A stretch of 17,209 nt of DNA, from the NCBI GenBank assembly GCA_046758365.1, contig JBHIAC010000066.1, positions 1-17,209 on the forward strand, written 5' to 3'. This document shows, piece by piece, positions 7,309 to 14,687 of the stretch. Each line of letters starts with the position of its first letter. The stretch's first letter is position 1. Made by a program: the position numbers and the translations under genes. The DNA is from a bacterium. Its GTDB lineage: Bacteria > Zhuqueibacterota > Zhuqueibacteria > Oceanimicrobiales > Oceanimicrobiaceae. The notes beneath the pieces were generated by a model. It ran no database searches. It was not told where the DNA came from and saw only the letters and a program-made list of their open reading frames with translations.

Positions 7309-9306
7309 TTATTTAAAAAAACGATCCACTAATCCTTTTAGAGTCGGAGTAGTATACTCGGTAGAATCTCCGTCGGTATTTATTCCATTTTTTTCTAATT
7401 CTTGTAATTTCTTTTTTGTTTGTACATACATAATACGATTATCAATTGCGATAGCCACATGATTTGCGATGATTTCTAAAATTCGAATTACATCATCCCC
7501 TGGTTTACTACCATCATCAGGGTCGTCAACCATCAGGAATCCTATGATTTTCCCTTCCCTAGATTTAAGCGGAACTAAAAGTAAACCCCAAATGGGCCAA
7601 GTCCCGTTTAAATTAGCTGACAATTTGGCTCCATAATATATTTGTTTAAATGTATGAAAAATCTCTTCTTGTTTATGAATAAAATATGATTTCCCACAAC
7701 CATATTCATTCCTTAATAGTTCAGCAAATGGTTTGAGTGGGAAACTGACTTCAGAGAGTTGAAGTTGTTTTACTTTATCTTCACAGGCAACAGCCTTGAT
7801 TTCCAGATGCTCACTTTTTTTACTTATCAACCCTAATGCTGCTAAATTAAAATCTAATGAGAATTTTATAGACCACACGATTTCTTTCAATAAATCATTC
7901 AAGCTCAAATATAATTTAAAAATGTTACTAGTTACTAAGATTTGCTTTAAACGCCTGGAGCGCTTTTCAATGGTGGAAAATAGATAGTAATTCTCTATCG
8001 CAAAAGATACTAACTCTCCAAAAATTTCTAAATTATAAAAAGTATCTCGCGTTGGTATAATATTATCACTCGGCTCATCCAAGGATATATAACCGAATGT
8101 ACGTCCACTTCTGTTCATTAAATTAACAAGAATCAAGTCACTTTTGTGCCATTTATCCGGAGGCCTTCTTTTCTGGGTTCTTCGTTCAGGTAATATTGAA
8201 TTCAAATAGTACGCAGTATCTCTTTGATTTTGATTATAGTAAATTACCTTAACTCGAAATCTATCTGCAAATATTCGGTCGATAACCTCATGGGGGACTT
8301 CAATGGTTCTGTTGTCTACCACAGGCAGAGACATGTACCCTATCATAGCCTGTTTTATAAAAGCATTCTTTCGATTATCTAACAAAGCAACGGTAGATCT
8401 TTTAAATCGGAAAACCTGGCAAACAATTTCAGCAATACGTTCTAACAATACATTAAGTGGTTCATGATAGCAAGAAGTTACAGCATGTGAGATTTGGTTA
8501 ATCATATCCAATTGATTAATTTGACCATCATGTTTGTATTGTTGTGTAATTTTGTCAGTTATGATTTCTGCTTTCGCTTCATATCTCACTACTTCTTGAT
8601 CAACATCTCGAATCACGACCATATCAATTTCAAGATTAATCTTATTTCCCGTTTTCTCAAAAATTTCGGTTCTGAAAGCCGGTGCTTTACCTTTTATTGA
8701 ATTCACCAAATTAAGCCAATCAAAATATGATCGTTCTTTTTCTTTAGGTAATAAATCTATTAGTGAGAGTTCTAATAATTCATCTTCGGAATAACCAGTC
8801 ACCGCTTCCATTTTGGGACTGACTGATATAAAATGACCTCTTCGATCTAAAATAAAATACCCATCTTTTCCGTTTGTTTCTTGAGTGGAGTCAACCCTTG
8901 TATATTTGAACGATGTATTTTTAATGATTTTCTTTCGTTCCAATATATTTCTTATGGTGAAAGGAAGCGCAGTCAGATACCCTCTAACTTTAAGAATGTA
9001 GTCGGAAGCACCTTTTTCTAGGCTTTGTAAAGCAATTTTCTCCTCGCCTTCATCAACCAGCATGACTATGGGAATAGAAATTCCTTTGGTTCTCAGGGCT
9101 TCCAGGACCTGGATACCATTCAGATCACCAAGGTTATAGTCAAACAAGATAAGATCGTATTTTCTATGAGTTCCTTTCTCAATGCACTCTTTACCTGAAG
9201 TTGCAAAGTCTACCTCACAATTTTCGTAATGGAATTTGAGCATTTTTTTTGAAATTTCAAGGTAGGAATTACTTTTACCTGCAATTAATATTCTAAGGCT
9301 ACTCAT
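7309..9306 (-). CDS. Multi-sensor signalling protein REC-PAS-GAF-GAF with no recognisable output domain
   Basis: REC (DLILFDYNL, GASDYILK) and PAS (DGYFILDRRGHFISVS...TGYSEDEL). Two GAF domains end in FAIEN and IAIDN, followed by a short C-terminal tail. Confidence 0.85.
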   Translation of the reverse strand: MSSLRILIAGKSNSYLEISKKMLKFHYENCEVDFATSGKECIEKGTHRKYDLILFDYNLGDLNGIQVLEALRTKGISIPIVMLVDEGEEKIALQSLEKGASDYILKVRGYLTALPFTIRNILERKKIIKNTSFKYTRVDSTQETNGKDGYFILDRRGHFISVSPKMEAVTGYSEDELLELSLIDLLPKEKERSYFDWLNLVNSIKGKAPAFRTEIFEKTGNKINLEIDMVVIRDVDQEVVRYEAKAEIITDKITQQYKHDGQINQLDMINQISHAVTSCYHEPLNVLLERIAEIVCQVFRFKRSTVALLDNRKNAFIKQAMIGYMSLPVVDNRTIEVPHEVIDRIFADRFRVKVIYYNQNQRDTAYYLNSILPERRTQKRRPPDKWHKSDLILVNLMNRSGRTFGYISLDEPSDNIIPTRDTFYNLEIFGELVSFAIENYYLFSTIEKRSRRLKQILVTSNIFKLYLSLNDLLKEIVWSIKFSLDFNLAALGLISKKSEHLEIKAVACEDKVKQLQLSEVSFPLKPFAELLRNEYGCGKSYFIHKQEEIFHTFKQIYYGAKLSANLNGTWPIWGLLLVPLKSREGKIIGFLMVDDPDDGSKPGDDVIRILEIIANHVAIAIDNRIMYVQTKKKLQELEKNGINTDGDSTEYTTPTLKGLVDRFFK

Positions 9307-9393
9307 GAATGAAAACCTAAATTAAGTTGTATTCAAATTTTTCATTTTCAGATCAGTCCTTGAACAAACTCCAACTCACTTCTTAGAAATCCT

Positions 9394-9430
9394 AAAAGAA
9401 AAACCACCAGTGAAATATACCGGTGGTCTT
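9394..9430 (-). terminator. Intrinsic terminator
   Basis: Minus strand AGACCACCGGT-ATATTTC-ACTGGTGGTTT forms an 11-bp stem with two G-U pairs, followed by TTCTTTT. Confidence 0.75.
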
Positions 9431-9560
9431 GGTAACTTCATTACAGAGTATGCAATTCGACGTTCATGGGCTTATTTACGACCAGCTAACATCAAAATTA
9501 CTGTCAAATTTCTGGGTGACACAATTAGCCATTATACTGCCTTTGATTTTACCCTTTGCA

Positions 9561-10805
9561 CTAAAGCTTGCTTAAGTAATCTTTTGCATCAAAAACATAT
9601 TCACTATCTGGATATTCTCGAATCAATCGGTTAAATGATTCTTTCGCCCTTTCGCCAGAACCTGTTTTTAGATAAGTTTTACCAAGAAGGAATAAGGAGT
9701 CATCCTTCTTTGGAGAACGATTGTAACTTAGTACTTTAAAAAAGGCATCTATTGCTGAGTCATATTGCGCCATGGCAAAATTACTTTCCCCAATCCAATA
9801 TTGACAACTACTGGCCAAGGAATGGTTTGGATATTGCTGGAGTAAAAAGCCAAAAAGAGAAATTGCTTCGTTATAATGTTTATTATAAAAATTAGTTAGC
9901 GCTTCTTCATAGGTATCAGCAAATCCGGCTCTGGAGGATTTAGTTGTAACAGGACGAGACGGTTGTCGCGCGACTGTTTTTGAAAGAGAACTCACTTTTT
10001 GTTTCTTTTCCTGCAATGAGCCTCTTAATTTGGATATCTGGTTTTCTTCTGAATCAATCCGATTAGAGAGTTTATCAAGCCGAGACTTTAATTTAACATA
10101 CTCTTCCATGTCCTTAGTTTCTTGTGACCCATAATCTTGTTTCTTTTCTTCTCCATACTGAGATTCTTCTCCTAATTCATAAAAGGGAGCCTTTTCCATT
10201 GCAATAACTTGAGGAGTTTCTGCACCTTTTTTAGGTAAATAGTAACTCACACCTGCTCGAACGTTGAGATATCCATCATTCACTCCTTGCTTTGCTGCAA
10301 GCGTGGGGTCGTCAAGTTGGTCACCCGTAATAAACCTATAATCCCCACTTACCTGGACATCAAATAGACGGTGAACCTTAAATCTCAATCCTACCCCTCC
10401 AATGATCGCTCCATCAAAAAATCTACCGCGATTATTACTTGGATGCTTAAAACTTATTATCCCTAATCCAAAAGTTAGAAAAGGTCTTACCAGAGTATTT
10501 GAAACCAAATCGAAATTACCTTTTAAATCGGCATTAATCAAGTTAGTAAATCTTGAAAAACCAGTGGGAAAATATTTTAATTGACTATAACCTATAGATA
10601 GCGAAACATCAGCAAATTTAGCAACATTATATGAGGCGAATCCTTCAATACCAGCACTAATTCCACCCCTTTGATCTCCATATAACTTTTGACCACCAGC
10701 ATTCAAACCGAAACCCCATTTACTTCGAAAATCTTGTGAATGGGAGGTAGAAATGCTGAAAATGAGGATAGCTGTGATCACCAAAGATGTTAAATGCCTA
10801 CTCAT
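9561..10805 (-). CDS. Secreted outer-membrane beta-barrel protein fused to coiled coil and CpoB/YbgF-like TPR domain
   Basis: RBS AAAAGGAG lies 7 nt before ATG 10805. Sec signal MSRHLTSLVITAILIFSISTSHS. Amphipathic beta strands end in YLNVRAGVSYY. Heptad region (LKSRLDKLSNRIDSEENQISKL) and TPRs YEEAL...YPNHSLA...YWIGES...KKDDSLFLLG...LIREYPDS. Confidence 0.8.
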   Translation of the reverse strand: MSRHLTSLVITAILIFSISTSHSQDFRSKWGFGLNAGGQKLYGDQRGGISAGIEGFASYNVAKFADVSLSIGYSQLKYFPTGFSRFTNLINADLKGNFDLVSNTLVRPFLTFGLGIISFKHPSNNRGRFFDGAIIGGVGLRFKVHRLFDVQVSGDYRFITGDQLDDPTLAAKQGVNDGYLNVRAGVSYYLPKKGAETPQVIAMEKAPFYELGEESQYGEEKKQDYGSQETKDMEEYVKLKSRLDKLSNRIDSEENQISKLRGSLQEKKQKVSSLSKTVARQPSRPVTTKSSRAGFADTYEEALTNFYNKHYNEAISLFGFLLQQYPNHSLASSCQYWIGESNFAMAQYDSAIDAFFKVLSYNRSPKKDDSLFLLGKTYLKTGSGERAKESFNRLIREYPDSEYVFDAKDYLSKL

Positions 10806-10848
10806 CCCAATTCTCCTTTTCAATTAATTTTAATTATTTACATTATAT

Positions 10849-11382
10849 TTATTCTATTTTGTCTTGATTAAAAAGAGGAAGGAGTTCTTTAGGTAAAACT
10901 TGTTCGAAAGAAACTTTCTTTTCGGAATATGTGTTATAAGCATCCACCAATTCTTCTAATTTATTTTTATAGTGATTGATTTTTTCATCTGGGTATGGTT
11001 CCTTAACCACTTTTCTTATCTCTAAAATGGTATCCCCGATCTGCTCAAAATAATAGTTTGACATCGATTGTTCTATCAAATTCCTGACTGAGCTCTGGAG
11101 ATGTTTGTCCTTTTCATTCAAAAACTTAAGTGTGTTTTTAAGATGAAACAGGTTTAATTCTTTGACTAACTTTGCATTTATGCCAAGATATATAAGTAAT
11201 GCCGGATATCTTTTGTAATAGTCGGTTTTAATAGCAAAATTGGTGAGGAGGTATTGTTCTATTATTACCCTTTCACCAAATGATATTTTTCTATGGGAAG
11301 AATACCGGAGAGAATTCGCTTCTTCACAGTATTCAACTCGAACCATTAGGTCAGAGAAGGAAAAATAGAGAAGTTCTTTCAT
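10849..11382 (-). CDS. Hypothetical cytoplasmic protein (177 aa)
   Basis: Clean ATG-started ORF, co-oriented with and 43 nt upstream of the barrel-TPR gene. No recognised motif. Confidence 0.75.
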   Translation of the reverse strand: MKELLYFSFSDLMVRVEYCEEANSLRYSSHRKISFGERVIIEQYLLTNFAIKTDYYKRYPALLIYLGINAKLVKELNLFHLKNTLKFLNEKDKHLQSSVRNLIEQSMSNYYFEQIGDTILEIRKVVKEPYPDEKINHYKNKLEELVDAYNTYSEKKVSFEQVLPKELLPLFNQDKIE

Positions 11383-11438
11383 AGAGTCAAAGAAATTATG
11401 ATTGTAGTCAATAGAATTATTTTTTTTGAATTAGTTCT

Positions 11439-11455
11439 TACAAACACTATGCCAA
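11439..11455 (-). promoter_or_regulatory. Candidate sigma-54 (-24/-12) promoter
   Basis: TTGGCATAGTGTTTGTA matches TGGCA-N6-TTG(C/T)A, a GG-N10-GT variant, about 57 nt upstream of ATG 11382. Confidence 0.5.
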
Positions 11456-11623
11456 GTAACTAAAAAAATGTGTATCTTACTAATTATTTGTTTTTTTGTG
11501 AAATAGCAACCCTAATTCTATCTAATAAAAAAGAAATATCTATAAAAACTGTATATTTTTGATTCAGTTTGAACTTTGTGAGACATATTAATTTTTCGTT
11601 CATTTAGGTACATTACAGATATC

Positions 11624-11667
11624 AGGGATTTTGATATACCTCTGTTTTCAAAATCCCTTTTTTGTTT
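11624..11667 (+). terminator. Intrinsic terminator-like hairpin in a divergent intergenic region
   Basis: Perfect 11-bp IR AGGGATTTTGA (11624-11634) / TCAAAATCCCT (11648-11658), followed by TTTTTGTTT. Confidence 0.65.
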
Positions 11668-11724
11668 AAACGATCCACCAAACAAAATCAATTTTATTGC
11701 ACTTATCTAAGAAGGGAAAGGGAA

Positions 11725-11991
11725 ATGAAAGGGATGCTTTGTGTGTTTTGTCTGCTGCTTTTTGGTGGCACCATTCATTCAGATGTTAGAGGCCAAAATA
11801 TTTTTGATATTTTTTTTGGAGAGCCGCGAAAAGGAAGATTTAAAATATTAAAACATGACGAATTTGATATTTCTGATGCCACACACATTGCTGGAAGTGG
11901 AGTCGCTAGCGTGGGCTTCTACACACTTTTCTAGTCAATGGAAATAAAGCATCCAAAAATTTGGGCCGGGGTGCTAACTAAACACAAATGA
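11725..11991 (+). pseudogene. Small secreted/membrane protein gene, probably interrupted (in-frame TAG at 11932-11934) and truncated
   Basis: Purine-rich RBS, then ATG 11725 and a signal-peptide-like MKGMLCVFCLLLFGG. DATHIAGSGVASVGFYTLF* continues in frame as SMEIKHPKIWAGVLT up to TGA 11989-11991. It could alternatively be an intact 69-aa gene ending at 11934. Confidence 0.45.
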
Positions 11992-12057
11992 ATTAGATCT
12001 CCAACAGGACTTCGGCTTAGGATTTAAATTATTTTAAACATTCAGTTTGAGTAAACT

Positions 12058-14481
12058 TTATTTGCATTCATTTGATAAAGCCAGATTAATCACTTGTTCC
12101 ATTTCACCTACAAAGTTGATTTCCAAATTCTTACGGATTTCTTCAGGGATTTCTTCTAAATCCTTTCGGTTTTTTTCAGGCAGTATTACTTTTTTAATAC
12201 CAGCACGATGGGCAGCAAGGACTTTTTCTTTAATACCACCAACGGGTAAGACCATACCTCTCAATGTAATCTCACCGGTCATAGCCACATCACTACACAC
12301 TAACCGGTCTGTAAGCAAGGATACCAGAGCGGTAAAAATCGTTACACCTGCTGAAGGTCCGTCTTTAGGAATGGAACCAGCAGGAACATGAATATGGATA
12401 TCATTCTTACTAAAAACCTCAGAATTAATCTTCAGTTGAGGCGCCATGGATCGAATGTAACTCAAGGCAGCTCTCGCTGATTCTTTCATCACATCGCCCA
12501 GAGAGCCTGTTAAAATAAGCTCGCCTTTTCCACTCATTTTTGTTGCTTCGATGAATAAGATATCACCCCCGGCAGGGGTCCATGCGAGTCCGGTAGCGAC
12601 ACCAGGTTTTGATGTTCTTTCCGCCACTTCGGAAAAGTATTTTATCGGACCCAAATATTGGGATAACAAATCCTTATTCACAGTTTGTGACTGAGTCTTT
12701 CCTTCCACCACCTCACGAGCCACACCCCGGCAAATAGAAGCGATTTCTCGTTCTAAATTTCGAACACCAGATTCTCGGGTATATGAATTGATGATTTCTA
12801 TAAGAGCATCATCTTCAAACTTGATTTGCTCGTCTGTCAAACCATGAGCATCAAGTTGTTTTGGAATTAAATACTTTTTGGCAATCTTAAGTTTTTCATT
12901 TTCAGTGTAGCCAGGTAATTCGAGAATTTCCATTCGATCTTTTAAAGCTGGTAAGATCGGATCAGCCAAATTGGCGGTGGCTATGAACATAACCTTTGAC
13001 AAGTCAAATTGTACCTCAAGATAATGGTCAGAAAATGAATTATTTTGTTCCGGGTCTAAAACCTCAAGAAGGGCCGACGAAGGATCACCGCGAAAGTCCA
13101 TACCCACTTTGTCAATCTCATCTAACATGAATACTGGATTATTCGATCCAGTCTTTTTAAGACCTTGAATGATACGCCCCGGTAACGCTCCAATATAGGT
13201 TCTTCTATGACCTCGTATTTCTGCTTCGTCTCGAACACCTCCCAGAGAAATTCTCACAAATTTTCTCCCAAGCGCTCTAGCAATTGATTTACCAAGAGAA
13301 GTTTTTCCAACTCCTGGAGGCCCCACAAAACATAGAATAGGTCCCTTCATGTCCTTTTTTAATTTTCTAACCGCTAAATATTCCAGGATTCTTTTTTTTA
13401 CTTTTTCTAAATCATAATGATCTTCATCTAACACTTGTTGTGCTATGTTTACGTCTAAATTGTCATCAGTACTTTTACTCCAGGGCAGTTCAATTAACCA
13501 ATCTAAATAAGTCCTTGAAACGGTATATTCTGCTGCCGCTGGTGGCATTTTTGACAATCGGTCCAATTCCTTTTCAGCGACTTTGGTTGCTTCTTCTGGC
13601 ATTTTAGCTTCTTTAATCCGTTTTCGAAGTTCTGTAATTTCAACAGTACGTTCGTCTTGGTCTTCCCCCAGCTCTCTTTTAATTGCTTTTAACTGCTCTC
13701 TGAGATAGTATTCACGTTGCGTTTTGTTAATTTCTCCCTGAACCTCTGATTGAATTTTGCTACCCAACTCTAAAATCTGGAGTTCTTTAGTAAGAAGATA
13801 AGTGACCTTTTCCAATTTTGACTTGATATCTACCAGCTCCAAAACAGATTGCTTGTCCGAGGTCGAAATATTCAAGTTCCACGTTATTATATCTGCTAAA
13901 TTCCCCGGGTCTTCAGTATTAACGACTAACATCGCATGTTCTGGGGTTAAATACTGGGCTAATCCCACAACTTTTTGGAACAGGCTTTTAAGATTGCCTA
14001 TTAAAGCATCAATATCCACACCGCTAGCTCGTTTTTCAATTTGGGTTTGGATAAGAGCTTTTAAGTATGGTTCTGACTGGGTATAATCAATGATTCGAGC
14101 GCGACTCAATCCATTAACCATAACACTTTTTGTGCCATCGGGCATTTTAAAAACTTTCATGATAACTGCCACAGTACCCCAACGATATAAATCCTTTGGC
14201 TCTGGATGATCAATCTTACCATCCTGTTGGGCGACTAAGAGAATTAATTTAACGCTCTCCATAGCATCTTCTATTAATTTGATGGACTTCTCGCGTCCTA
14301 CTGATAAAGGGAGGATTTGATTAGGGAACACCACGGTATTTCTAAGAGGCAAAACTGGTAACACCTGGGGTATTTTAATTTTTATTTGATCTGTATCTTC
14401 TGAAGGGTCCACTTCCACTTCGGTAATTTCTTCCGTGGTGGAGTCTTCAACATTTTTAGATTGAAATTCTTCTTTTTTCAT
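12058..14481 (-). CDS. lon: ATP-dependent Lon protease (LonA, endopeptidase La)
   Basis: N-domain LPVLPLRNTVVFP, Walker A GPPGVGKTS, Walker B FMLDEIDK, catalytic Ser in PKDGPSAG and Lys in GGIKEK. RBS GAGGT at 14496-14492 supports ATG 14481 (807 aa). Confidence 0.97.
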   Translation of the reverse strand: MKKEEFQSKNVEDSTTEEITEVEVDPSEDTDQIKIKIPQVLPVLPLRNTVVFPNQILPLSVGREKSIKLIEDAMESVKLILLVAQQDGKIDHPEPKDLYRWGTVAVIMKVFKMPDGTKSVMVNGLSRARIIDYTQSEPYLKALIQTQIEKRASGVDIDALIGNLKSLFQKVVGLAQYLTPEHAMLVVNTEDPGNLADIITWNLNISTSDKQSVLELVDIKSKLEKVTYLLTKELQILELGSKIQSEVQGEINKTQREYYLREQLKAIKRELGEDQDERTVEITELRKRIKEAKMPEEATKVAEKELDRLSKMPPAAAEYTVSRTYLDWLIELPWSKSTDDNLDVNIAQQVLDEDHYDLEKVKKRILEYLAVRKLKKDMKGPILCFVGPPGVGKTSLGKSIARALGRKFVRISLGGVRDEAEIRGHRRTYIGALPGRIIQGLKKTGSNNPVFMLDEIDKVGMDFRGDPSSALLEVLDPEQNNSFSDHYLEVQFDLSKVMFIATANLADPILPALKDRMEILELPGYTENEKLKIAKKYLIPKQLDAHGLTDEQIKFEDDALIEIINSYTRESGVRNLEREIASICRGVAREVVEGKTQSQTVNKDLLSQYLGPIKYFSEVAERTSKPGVATGLAWTPAGGDILFIEATKMSGKGELILTGSLGDVMKESARAALSYIRSMAPQLKINSEVFSKNDIHIHVPAGSIPKDGPSAGVTIFTALVSLLTDRLVCSDVAMTGEITLRGMVLPVGGIKEKVLAAHRAGIKKVILPEKNRKDLEEIPEEIRKNLEINFVGEMEQVINLALSNECK

Positions 14482-14541
14482 AATAATATAAACCTCATTT
14501 TCTGCCAATTCGTCAGTTACTTTACACAATATAATTGTTTT

Positions 14542-14558
14542 TGCAACTTTAATGCCAA
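14542..14558 (-). promoter_or_regulatory. Sigma-54 (-24/-12) promoter upstream of lon
   Basis: TTGGCATTAAAGTTGCA is an exact GG-N10-GC match to TGGCA-N6-TTGCA. It is correctly oriented and sits about 60 nt before the lon ATG. Confidence 0.75.
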
Positions 14559-14687
14559 TTATTATTTGATTTCTTCAACATAATAATTATTATCGAATTA
14601 TAACAACTAAAAATTATAAAATAATGAAACATTTAAACTTATTTTTTTAATCATGTCAGTATGCATAGTTAAATATGCTAAAATGTC

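Noticed and set aside
3248..8700. + strand ORFs antisense to rsbU, the lipoprotein and the REC-PAS-GAF gene
   Set aside because: They lie essentially entirely within well-supported minus-strand CDSs and have antisense-typical composition.
9410..9634. 74-aa + strand ORF
   Set aside because: It starts inside the terminator hairpin, overlaps the 3' end of the barrel-TPR gene, and has no RBS or motif.
14488..14510. Second TTGGCA near the lon start
   Set aside because: No TTGC at the required GG-N10-GC spacing.
14482..14529. Longer lon start proposed by the ORF track
   Set aside because: The RBS and sigma-54 promoter position favour ATG 14481.
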